Position numbers and translations under genes: made by a program. Shown in pieces: positions 27,101-38,313 of a stretch of DNA of 64,000 nt (positions are counted from its first letter, which is position 1; each line of letters starts with the position of its first letter). The DNA is taken from positions 54,002,001 to 54,066,000 of the forward strand of contig OZ241827.1 of NCBI GenBank assembly GCA_965202585.1, given 5' to 3'. The notes beneath the pieces were generated by a model. The model ran no database searches, was not told the DNA's origin, and saw nothing but the letters and a program-made list of their open reading frames with translations. Source of the stretch: Thalia democratica. Taxonomy: Eukaryota.

Positions 27101-30100
27101 TACTATAAAAAACATAGAAATTTTAGTTTTAGTGGGTAACTTTAGTTTAATTTTAGCATTTTACCAAAAACGCATCTTAAACTATTTTTTAATTAAATGA
27201 AAACATTTTAATCAAATTAACATAGTAGAACCAATGAGCTACGAAATAGTAGTTGTCAAACCCTTTAAGCTCTTTTAGATCGAAATACTATTAAAATCCA
27301 CTTTATTTTAGTTTTAAAATTCTACCAAAAAAAACGTATTTATTTGTTTTTAATCAGAAAACTTATATTTTAATTAAATCAGTAGAAACTAACGAGCCAC
27401 AAAATAACTGCTCTCAACATCGAACGACACGTTCACCCCCCACTGGAAGCACTTGGTTACCACGAACGCGAACAGCACGTACAAGCTGATCGTTCCCGCT
27501 GACGTCAGACGGGAGAAGCAGGTGACGTCACGCATCTGCAGGATGGGCAGGAAGACGGGGACGAAGACGATCGGGAAGAGGAACTTCTTGCTCCACTCCG
27601 GCAGCGTGTTCGGAGGATCGCTGCTCCCAAGAAGGGCTTAATTTTTAGTTAGATTTAATACTGACTCGTTTTTTTACTAAACTTATGTATACTGCATTTT
27701 TAGATGTATTACCCCTGAGATGGCGTGAAGCGTTTGTGATTTATTTATTGTTAAAAAAATGTGTTTGACTTAATAAAGTTTTAAAGTTTATGTTAACCTA
27801 ACAAATTTAAAACACTACACACTATTTTAAGTTTTCCTGGACACTTGTCCTGGACATGACGTTAAACTGTTCTGGTGTGTGACTCGATAACCGAAAAGGT
27901 TTTTTCGTGCACCAGGTCCTTGGACCAAACTTTTTGAGTGTTTTTTGTCGTTCAATAAACAATAAATATATAATGCTACCCTCAAGCATGGCTTATATAT
28001 TTTTAGTTTTTTATAATACAAAGTTTAGGTTATACACGTAACTTTATTACACAAGTTGAAAATATCTTTTGCCAGTATTTATTTAAAAATAAGTAGCGTA
28101 AATCAGTACATAATACTACCATGCAAATTACAAATACTATATTTTGTGTTATATTGTTCTTTAATTTTATTTAAGTTTACTTCGAATTCCAATTTGCAAT
28201 AAAAGTTTTAAAGTATCATTATTCAACCTTATTGACAGTTAAGAATTATATTAATTTGAGATAAATCGTGGTTTTGATAACAGTTAATGCGCAAACTAAT
28301 TAAGTTTTGTACATTTTAACTTTCTCAAAAGAGCAAACTTAACTAAGTTAATTCATTTAGTTTTCGAAACTAAAACAAAATATTTTCACTTGTTATTAAA
28401 TTCATTGAACTACGTTTTGTTTATTCAAACTTTTAAATATAATAATATAAATTTGCAAATTATTTATTTCATTTATTACTCTGTTTCAGTGGTAAAAAAT
28501 TCCGACCTTGTTAATCTTCAATAAAATAGGTATTTTTTTTACAATTAAATTTACTATTTTATTAATATTTGACAAGGTCGTTTTTTTTTCCACTGAAATT
28601 GGGTAATAAATGAAATAGGCTTTATTATTACATTTGAATAAGCTATTTATTTTACAGTAAGTTGGGCAATATATTTAACTTAAAAAAAATAACTCTATTA
28701 TTGTTTTTATAAAACCTTCATATATCTAAGATCTAAAACGTGTTTAATAAATCTTTTTATAATTCTTGTATAAGGAAACTTTTGCTTGAAAACAGTTTTA
28801 AAACTTAACAAACCGTATAATTTTCAAAGTAAGCAATTTAAAAAAAAAGTTGTCTTTTATAAGATGTAAAGTTAGGTTCGTGATAAAACATGACAAACAG
28901 TTTGTAGATTGACGACTGAAAGTTTTTCAGTTGCGCCTGACTGACGAGTTTCAATAAAAACGAAACATGGTTATCAGTCTACCGAAAGCTTGTGGTCTGA
29001 TGATCGAAGTGGTGTAAGCAACCCTTTATGTTAACTTAACTTTAAATTTCTAGGAAACTTTATATTTATATTTTATGCGGAAGTTTAGTGAGTTTTGTAC
29101 TATTCAGTTTTCTCATAAGAGCAAATTTATTTAAGTTATTTCTTTTAGTATTAAGAGTTACAACAATACATTGTCGGTTTCTATTATATTCATTCAGCTA
29201 CGTTTTGTACTTTTCAAACTCTTACAAAAAATAATTTATCTAAGGTTTGTACGTGTTTATCAAATCTTTTTATGCTTCGTTGTGCACTATTGACCAAGTT
29301 TGTGCTTTTAAATATAAAAATAAAAGTAAACGTTCACTTGTCTGTATATGTACTTTTTTTTTGTTTTTGTAGAATAGACGTATCATTGTATTACAAAGTC
29401 GTTTTTGCTAGTGAGCATTGATGCTCATGTATCGGGATAGTGGAGGCCATTAAGTTAAATAATTAAACACCACTAATAAACCTTTGAAACGCCGACTAGG
29501 CCACAAACCCTAGATAAGGTGAACTTAATTAAAGCACCTGAAAGTGGTGTTTACCACCACATATTTTTAATTTTCAATTTTTGCGTAATAAATTTATAAA
29601 ATGCTAACTCATGTTCCTGTAGCTACCAGCGGTAAAGTTACCGGAGAAATTTGTGCTGATTTGACGGACTGCAACGGTTTCACCAGGGTTGTGGATTGCG
29701 GCTGTAAAACGTTTATCTTTTTGGTTTAACTATTTTTTTAACCATAAGTATTTTAGTTTAGAAATTTGTATTTTTGCTGTCATATTTTTTTAAGGTTAAA
29801 CTAAAAACTTTAAAATTAATTATATCCACTTGTTTTTTGTGATTACATATTTATAAAAATATAATTTTTGCTAACTATACGCAATGTTATTTAAACAAAT
29901 ATTTAGTTTGAAAAATTATTAATTAAATGACAATTCGTAAACTTATATACCGTAAATAGAGTTGACAACGTTTCGCGACAAATCGGCTATTATTATCCAG
30001 TACACGATGAGAGCGCCACCTAGCAGAATTACCGTGGACCCCATGTTGACGTACAAGGTCCACTTGCCTAGCAACCGTTGGCAGGACAACGTGAATTCAG

Positions 30101-31756
30101 GCATCAGTCTGGTTGTCGGTTCCACGTCTAAAAAATAAAATTAAAGTGTAAAAAAAAGTTTGAAAAAAATTAATCAGTCCATTAGAAAAAACTTTTGTTC
30201 AGTATATAAATCTGCAAATAGTTTTTTAACAAGTATTAATCAACTATTATTAAATACGTAATAACAATCAAGTTTATCAAGAGATACACTTTAAAAGGAG
30301 CTAATACATAAATAACATAAATAGCAATTTATACTACTTATTTTTGATCAACTACTACCCTAAACACATTTCATACTACTTTAAACAGCATAAAAGGTAC
30401 TATAAAACTAAAGTTTATTTGATAACACTTTGTTTTAGAATCAATAAACTACCAATTACATAATGTTAGTTTTAAAGATTATTCAGAAAAAATGATAAAG
30501 CTAAAGAATTTGAAAAACAAAATGAGCTATATTTTCTTATGTATTGAAAAAACAATAAACAAAAAGTTCTACTTATACATCGTGAATCAATACAATTTAA
30601 TTCTTTATAAATTATATTACGCAAACAGTGTTTTGCTTAATGAGCTCATCAGTGTTTAATATCATCATTAGATTAAGCACTGATGAGATCATTGTGCGAA
30701 ACATTGTTTACACAAAATATACATCAAGTATTCATTAAAATAATTTTAAGATATCATTATTCAACTATATATTTTATTTTTGTTGTCTATGTATACCTAG
30801 ACTATGTCTATGTATGATAGTTTTTTTTTTGTTTCTATTAGTCTAACGATTAGTTTTGTTGATAAATTTTATTCATATAAACTCTTGTAGATTAGGTTAA
30901 CATGTAGTCTAGTAGATGATAAAAGCTAAAGCTGTTTTTTTTCTATGCAACTACAAAAAAAAATAGAGGTAAATATGTTAGGTGCCACTTAATATTATCA
31001 CTCATTCAGCATTATTTTAATAACTAGAAAACGAAAACTAACACGCTTCGAACATTAAAAAACTATAAAACATTTTTACGGTAAAACTATTTCAATTTTT
31101 TTTATCAACTAATTCACAAATTACCGAGATGTTTAGAGCCTTTGAGGAGGACGACGGCTGAGTAGACGGCGGCGGTGAACAGCAATGCGATGATGATCAG
31201 TCCCGTGGTCAGCCCTGCTTGCTGGATCGCCCATGGGATCGTAAGTAGGGAAGTCCCCATCATCATATTCCACGTGGTGAATCTGTTGTTTTAACGCTTG
31301 GGTTAACTAATTCAACGCGTGTTTTAAAGTTATTGAAGATACAAAACTGTTTATGCAGCTTGCTGTGTTTTAGCTTGACTTGGATTTTTTAAAATGATTA
31401 ATAGTTTAACTTTTGACATTTCGTTAATTGTATGCAACATTTTAATAAGCTATTACATTATTTTTAGTAGCATAGTCTAAGTTTTTCAAAACAAAAAAAA
31501 CTACTTCAAATTGCGCTTTAACATAAAAATAGTTTGCTCACATTGAAATGAGATCGCCCTGCTTTCTATTCTCGTTATCATCATCCTCGTCCTTCTTATC
31601 CTTGTACAACCTTAATTAGTGGCAGTGTTAAGCTTATCTGTAAAGTTTTTATATATACTTTCATTTTAATAAAAAAAAAAACCCAAAACTCTCGTTGAAC
31701 GGCTTTTGTGCAACCAACGGCGAGTCTTCTGCTTTTATTTCATCCTTTACTGTCAT
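24030..31756 (-). CDS. SLC38A9-like: SLC38A9-like neutral amino acid transporter (lysosomal type); 11 coding exons, about 477 aa
   Basis: complement join(31683..31756,31542..31610,31125..31282,29951..30127,29609..29701,27394..27636,26573..26679,26404..26508,25933..26081,24942..25031,24030..24198). Phases consistent. Motifs WNMMMGTSLLTIPW, ALIVYW, FFIHN, QNFLNN, RMMTVFP, FPNVGDILRYVGA and NVVLQFFVQ parallel SLC38A9 WNTMMGTSILSIPW, FFIHN, FQMMTVYP, YPNIGGIIRYSGA, NLIVQFF. Confidence 0.9.
24942..25031 (-). CDS. SLC38A9-like: SLC38A9-like exon TM9
   Basis: KKLNFIYSVCVITPCVLCAIFFPNVGDILR. Confidence 0.88.
25508..25804. repeat. Tandem duplication (about 135-bp unit, 160-bp period) containing copies of an SLC38A9-like exon end and donor
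   Basis: Two near-identical units, each carrying TAGACAAxTAACCCTGxGTA, which also occurs at the true donor 25921-25940. Confidence 0.85.
25933..26081 (-). CDS. SLC38A9-like: SLC38A9-like exon TM8
   Basis: NFLNNIPWDD...LFRMMTVFPTVSYIFRVQLF...DYP. Confidence 0.92.
26404..26508 (-). CDS. SLC38A9-like: SLC38A9-like exon TM7
   Basis: VHCMVKSYLLSLSSYLLVGLGIFLCYPGKKSEISQ, preceded by a 64-nt intron. Confidence 0.85.
26573..26679 (-). CDS. SLC38A9-like: SLC38A9-like exon TM6
   Basis: FPALSGLACMSFFIHNSLTTVFKYNKNQ|gtaagt. Confidence 0.92.
27394..27636 (-). CDS. SLC38A9-like: SLC38A9-like exon TM4-TM5
   Basis: LPEWSKKFLFPIVFVPVFLPILQMRDVTCFSRLTSAGTISLYVLF. Confidence 0.9.
27826..27935. repeat. Dispersed repeat with an inverted partner at 34125-34205
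   Basis: GACTCGATAACCGAAAAGG...TTCGTGCACCAGGTCCT is the reverse complement of AGGACCTGGTGCACGAAG...TTCGGTTATCGAGTC. Confidence 0.75.
28937..28982 (+). ncRNA. Minimal type-I hammerhead-ribozyme-like motif
   Basis: CTGA-CTGACGA-GTTT-caataa-AAAC-GAAA-C-atg-GTT-a-TCAG. Confidence 0.5.
29609..29701 (-). CDS. SLC38A9-like: SLC38A9-like luminal loop exon with N-glycosylation sequons NFS and NFT
   Basis: cag|..AIHNPGETVAVRQISTNFSGNFTAGSYRNM..|gttagc, phase 1 on both sides matches neighbours. Confidence 0.75.
   Translation of the reverse strand, partial: PQSTTLVKPLQSVKSAQISPVTLPLVATGT
29951..30127 (-). CDS. SLC38A9-like: SLC38A9-like exon TM3
   Basis: PEFTLSCQRLLGKW...LLGGALIVYWIII. Confidence 0.9.
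30621..30711. ncRNA. 40-bp inverted repeat with a degenerate hammerhead core on each strand
   Basis: Arms 30621-30660 and 30672-30711. + strand CTGATGA at 30680 and GAAA at 30698. - strand CTGATGA-GCT-catta-AGC-AAAAC. Confidence 0.55.
31125..31282 (-). CDS. SLC38A9-like: SLC38A9-like exon TM1-TM2
   Basis: FTTWNMMMGTSLLTIPWAIQQAGLTTG... Confidence 0.92.
31542..31610 (-). CDS. SLC38A9-like: SLC38A9-like exon (LYKDKKDEDDDNENRKQGDLISI)
   Basis: aag acceptor, donor GTGAGC, joins in frame to TM1. Confidence 0.8.
31683..31756 (-). CDS. SLC38A9-like: SLC38A9-like first coding exon (MTVKDEIKAEDSPLVAQKPFNESF)
   Basis: ATG lies 5 nt after an acceptor cag|gtaga. Weak donor GTTTTT. Phase fits the next exon. 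An upstream in-frame coding exon is not excluded. Confidence 0.6.
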
Positions 31757-34700
31757 TCTACCTGCCTTTTGAAAAACTTAGTCACAGTTTAGTTGGGTTG
31801 AACAGTTTTAATTGTTTCTATACACTGGTTGTTTAAATCTAACACCTGTTATAAAAATACTTAGTCTAAACGTTTCCTTAGTTGTCAAAATTGTTTATAA
31901 ACGTATATAATTTTAAAAAATTTAATGCTAAAAATTTCAGCATATAATTATTTCGGTAAACTTTTACTCATGGAAAATTTGTAAATAAAAACTTTGTAGT
32001 AGTAAACATACTGAAAAATTGTGGCTGAACGAAATCATTCAAAAAATATTAAATTTGAATAAGAAAGTTGAGTTTTATGTAGTTACTGCAGCTTTTCTCG
32101 ATTTATTGTTCTAAAATAAAAATTTATTTGAATACAATATCTTTAAAAAAAACTATTCTACAACTTCAGTTTTTGGTAATATAAAACTTTGTTTAAAGAA
32201 CAACAAGCTCCTTTTTTACTTTTATGTTAAAACATATAAACTAAAAAATATAAGTTGTTTTTTTTTAAATATAAATTGTCAAAGTTCTTTATGCAAACTG
32301 CAGAGATAAATTTAGAATAAAATAAACAACCGCTTTTCAATTTGCTTACAGTTGTTTCAAGCACTGTTTTTTAAAATAGGCTAACTAAATTTATCAAACT
32401 TATTTAATACTTCATAGTGTGTATTTTTCTAAACTTTAAAAAATTTTGCCAATAAAACTTTAATTGCTCTGAAGAGATGCAATTAAGCGTTGAAACAGCT
32501 GTAAGAAAGTTGAAAAACAGTTGTTTTTTATTCACTTAACTAAATGTTAAGTATATAAGTTACAATTCTAGCACTACAATATATGCTTAAAAACATATGA
32601 AAAAAAAAATCTTTTTTTTTAATGAAGTCTTACATACCAGATAAGCTTTGTATATTTGTGGGTTTGATTTTATCAAAACTGTCAAACATATTTAATTATT
32701 TTTTGAAAATTATTTTTAATTAATCACTTTAGTTTCAAAAAAAATGTATGTAATCTTAAAAAACTTTAATTAAAATTGATTAGTGTTATATTTATTCATA
32801 TAACTAGTGCAAGCTAAAAAACAGCAAACTGTTTAAAGGCATAGCTTCACATTATATAAAAAGTAGATAAACTTTAAAATTAAGCAACTTCTACAAAACT
32901 AAAAAAAAAGTTCTAACTGTTTTAAACAAACAAAAGCACTTTAGATCTAACAAAAAATCAACTCTTAGTTTATACGTTATTTTTCTTGTTATGTGATTTC
33001 TACAATTATAACAAGCTTATACAGAAACTAACAAAGCAACGTTCGCAATAATAACTTATTCAATAACGTCAGCAATTTCAGAAGGTTGATAAAAAACACA
33101 TTTCATTAACCTCAACTTACTGCAGCGACAACAGTTTTGAGATTATTAACCTCTGCTTCTGCTGTCACATCAAAATTGTAGCTAGTTTGTTCAAAGTCAA
33201 GAAATTTGCTTGGTAGCAATTTTTAGAACAATATTTTTGATAGCATAACGAAAATTTAGAATTAATAAGCATCAACTTAGTTTTATCTTTAAAATAAACT
33301 AAACATTTTTGGTAAGAACACTAGCTAATTGAGGAGTTAAAGAAAAACAATAAGTTCAAATTATGTTATGTTTGTTTAATGATTCAAATTTTAACCGTTG
33401 AAAGAACATATTTATAAAATGAAAACATTTAGTGTTAAAAGTTACGAGGTCTAAATTTCAGTTTTACATTTAACTTATTTACTAGTTTTCTAATTGTGTT
33501 TTTAGTATTTGTCTGTCTTAATTTTTTATTAATACTTATACCTAAAGCAATCAAACTTAATTTTCATTACTAATCACCTAAAATAAAATTAATTTTAGCA
33601 TTTTAAGTTTAATCAGAACTCTTTAATAAGAAAAAACACATTATTTGTTTTAAAAATAAAAAGACTTGCAAAATTAAACTGATTAATTTCTACAGTTAAC
33701 GACTTATAGAGGTTTATTTCAAACTGATTATGCTGTAAGATTTTTGAAATCCAAAAAACAAGTTTAAAATATGGTTAAATACAAAAGAGTAAAATTATAT
33801 TGAATACAATAATTCTAGAAGGCTTTTGTTGAAACACATAGTCAGGTTTTTTAACTTTCATCGATAAGTTTTTTTTAATTTAATAGATTTTGTTGCAAAA
33901 TACACTTTTAGAATTGTTTTAAAACAAGATTTTCTTACAAAATTAACTTTTTTTTTTAGTTGTTATATTAAAGTTTTCAACATTTAATGTAAAAAAATTG
34001 GCAAACAAGTTTTTTAATTTAAGTAGTCTTTTCTATATGTTCTGCACTTAGCATCTTTAATTTTGTACTATTATTAGTTTTATTAGTTTATTGAACGACA
34101 AAATAGACGCTTAAAATGTTTAATCCTAGGACCTGGTGCACGAAGAACCATTCGGTTATCGAGTCGTAACCTCTTAGATACCTTTAAAGTCTTGTCTAGG
34201 ACAATTTAATTATTAAACTAAAGTGCATAAGCTCTAAAAACAGTGATTTTAAATATTTTAAGCAATGTATAAACATAAAGTCTAATGAAAAACCTAAAGA
34301 AGTAAAAAAGTTGAACGCATAAAATGTTTTTTGATTTTGAAGATTACTTTTTAAGTTTTGTATTTAGTTATTACTTACACCAGGTATTTTAAGCCGAAAT
34401 TATATTTAAAAAAAAAAGCTAGTAATGTTTTTTCGATTTTCTACAACATTTTGAAATGAACTTAATTTGTCGAAAACTAACGTCGTTTCTCAATTTTTTA
34501 TTTTTTTTGTTTTCCGCAAACAATGTTCCGGTTAAAGAGTTCATCAGCGCTTATAAACCTAAAATTGTGAGAAATATTTTAGAAAGTCATGTTAAAGTCA
34601 TATTTAATTCATGTTTCATTTCTCAATGTTAAACTTATAATACAGTTCTGCGGAGATCTAAAAAATAAGTCAATCTAAAAATAGAATATAAAGAGTATAA

Positions 34701-37668
34701 ATTAGGTGTGTATTTTCTAAGTCAGTGATCACATGGTTAGATTAATGTTGTGATTATTTTTTAAAGCGCTTTTTAACGCATGCTTTGGGATTTGGTTTAA
34801 GATTCATGTTTTTTCCATACATACTTTGTGGTTTTTACAGTTGAGATTTTAGCCTTGTGAGTATTCTTCAAATGGCGTGTCACCAACGTTTTTTAATGTT
34901 AAATTTTTTTTTTTAATTTTGGCTTATTAAAAGTTGAATAAAGAGGCAAGTATAGTTACGTATGACGTAACAAACTCACTTTTCCTAGGAAATGTTTATC
35001 TTTGCAAAAGGTAGTGACTAATGTCCTTAACCATTACCAAAATAAACAAAAATAAAACCAAAATAAAACAAAAATTAAATTAAAAAATAGTTATTACTAA
35101 TCATGTACAGTAAATTCTATAATTCACAAACATTAATTTATGAGAAAAGACTACAGTAATTTATAAGATTGAACAATAATTATATAAAACAACTTATAAT
35201 AATTACTATTAGTGTTGAAAATGATTTCAAATTTTCAACTTTCAATAAATCAAGTACTTTGCAAATAGTTTACTCAATATCCCAACATTTTTTTTTGTTT
35301 GAATCTTTATTAACAAACACTAATAGTAAATAAAACTTTTATACCTTTTTTTCCAGTTTAAATAAAAATTTGGTTATTTCCTTGTATAATTTTTTTTCTA
35401 ACTTATTTGTTGTTAAAGCTTTATAACGGTTTTGTTGAAGGGAAAAATATCCAATCCTAAAAAACAATCACAGTTATTTAAGATTGATAAGCGTTTGTAA
35501 TTACAATTTCAAATAATTATTACTATAAATCATCTCTTATTTAATTATAATAAACTAGAATCACTAAACTTTACCTAAAAACAATGTTGACCTTTTTAGA
35601 ACTATCACTAAAATAGAAGCATAGATCAATTAAAAATAAAAATCGTTTTAGCTTTTTTCATAAAGCAAAACATCTTAATTTAATTTTTTGTTTCATGAGG
35701 CACTATACTATTAAAGAAATTAAAAATTAATCTAAAAAATAAACCATAACAAACAACTTCTACAATTTTAAAACTTTTCTTATACTAAAATCTAATAGTT
35801 TAAAGGTTTTAATCGCATTTTATGTTTTTACTATTAAATTACCTAAAAAAAGTCTCAACAAACAGCTAAAGAAAACTTTAGCTTCACTGTAACCTTGAAA
35901 AACAACAGTTAAAAGCAGTTTATGGTTTAGAAATATACGTCTCAAAATATTTGGAAAAAAAAAGTTTATGCATCAGTAACTTTTAACTGCTGCAAACTAC
36001 CGTTTATAAACGATTATCTTACTATTTAAATTCCAAACTCGACAGTTCTAATCCGACAATTTAAATTCAACTATTGAACATACGTTTTATTATGAACAAT
36101 TTTTGGTAACAATTTTCTATTGCAGTTTTTTTGTGTAATTTGGAAAAAGCCGCCAAATCCGCCCGCGGGTTTAATTTGAGTTTACATAAAAAAAATTGAC
36201 CCTAAAAGTGATAAATTAAAAGGTTGTAACATAAGTAAATTTTATTTTTTAAAACTTACGGTTAAAGATGTTTTCTAATAAAAATGAAACGAGACAAGCT
36301 TGACAAATAAAAATTTATTAAGAAAAACTTTGAAAAACCATAGAAAATTAGTAAATAATAATCTTAGTTTTGGTTAATTTGATATAGCTGTTTTTTTTAC
36401 TGAATCTGTTTAATTATTTTCAACATACTTGGTTTTAATTCTTTTTTTTTTTGACAAAAAACTATCCAAATTCACTATTTTAGCACGTAAAATATCGTTA
36501 GTTTTCTTGAACAAGTTACTTTAAAAAACTGTTATATTGTATAAAAAAATGTTATTCCAGTTTTACAAAATACTTTTTTTGTCTTAGTTTGTTAAAAATT
36601 TATTTTTCAACTAAAAAATTTTAAGCTAATTGAAATAAAAACTTTTAACAAAATAGTTATAATAAAAATATGAAACAGAAATAAGAAATTTAACAAACTT
36701 CTAAAACAAATTATACATAAGACTTATATTTGTTTTTTTTTTAAGTTAAAAACTTACTACTTTCATACTAGGTATCTTTAATTACATGAAATATTTGATT
36801 TGGTTTTTGAAAAGTTAATTGCAAGTTGCATAGTAGTAAAGCCGTTTTACTAGTCATTTACTTTTTGTACTACCTACGTTCTTTTTACCGTAAAACAAGT
36901 GTTATCTTTCGAATTAGTTCAAAACTAGGACAGTGACCTAAGAAGTTTTAACACACCGCAAAAGTGGGTACTGGTCTTTATTTACATACTTTTAAAAATG
37001 GTTAAAGGTTTAGAATAAACGTGTTAAAGTACTTGGGATAATGGCTATGCTTGAGTAGATTTAAATTACTGCAAACAAACATTTATGCATAATTATTCTA
37101 TTATCCTATCCGAACCTTGACAGTTCTAATCCGACAACTTATATTCAACTATGAAATTAAAGTTTTGTTTAAATAATTGTTAGTGTTCTAGTTCTAATGC
37201 TGTTTTTAAAAACAAACATGTTAAAAGACACTAAAATTTACAGATGACTATTACAAAAAATCCCCAAAAACATTAACCGTTAAAGTTAAACGGTATCTTT
37301 CAACATAAAAACTAAATACTTTTTTTGAAGTTATTAGAAGTTTTAAGTGATTGTATTTTTTATTTGTATTTAAATATTATAGTTTTTCAATCTACTTTAA
37401 AAGTTAGCTAGTGGTCAATTGTTAATTTTAATTAATAAAGATATATATAAACATCTATTATGCTTTTGAAATATTCGAAAATTACTCGCTAATAGTTGAT
37501 TAATAAAAATTATAACGAAACAAGTTCGTTTGAATACACGATAATAAAAAGAATTCAATTTTTATCAACAACATGTTAATGGTAAGTCGTAAATTGAAAT
37601 TAAAATAAGTTTTATATCTATTTCTATTTAAGTTCATCGTTCTATATTTTTATTTTACTTCTTTTTTT

Positions 37669-37711
37669 TTGTGTCTGATGAACTGCTCTGCAGAGAAACG
37701 GTGTGACGCAA
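37669..37711 (+). ncRNA. Minimal type-I hammerhead-ribozyme-like motif (GUG at the cleavage site, probably inactive)
   Basis: TTGTGT-CTGATGA-a-CTGC-tct-GCAG-a-GAAA-C-ggt-GTG-ACGCAA; stems I, II and III can all form. Confidence 0.55.
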
Positions 37712-38313
37712 TAAAAATTGAGCAATACATTAGTGTAATAACAAGAAACTTTTCTTTATGTAACTGACGTAAGTTTATCTGTATTAAACAACTAATACAG
37801 TTCAAAGGAGTTCTGAAAAACATAAAACTAAATACAATAAACTTAAACTAAATAATAAGAAAATGTTATATGTGGACTTAAAGTTTGATTTTAATAATCA
37901 ATGCTCATTAATTTACTCAACTTTACAATGAGAGTGATTAACAAATATTAATATATTATATAGTTATTAAAATAATATATTAACTATCGTTAGTTATTAA
38001 TCTATAATAATTATGTGTTATAATTAGTAAATACACAAATTCCTTTCAAACATAAAACTAAAAATGGCATAAGCATACATTTATAAAGCTCTAATTAAAA
38101 GTTTAAAATCTTCAAAATTACATAAAATTAAATTTAACATAGGAATCGAGGCAAACAGATTTAAACAACAAGCATTAACTAATTTGTTGTTAAATCCAAG
38201 TTTAAACATAAAGTATACAATTTAAAATTTATAAGCTTAAAGATTTAGTTTTTTAAAAACATAACTAACCTAAATGAGATAGAAACACCAATGGCACACA
38301 CTTTTTTTAACTA

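Noticed and set aside
27453-27641. 62-aa plus-strand ORF
   Set aside because: Antisense shadow of an SLC38A9-like exon
36140-36175. GC-rich patch with TTTGGCGG (E2F-like) as SLC38A9-like promoter
   Set aside because: Single short motif and TSS unknown; cannot be supported from sequence alone
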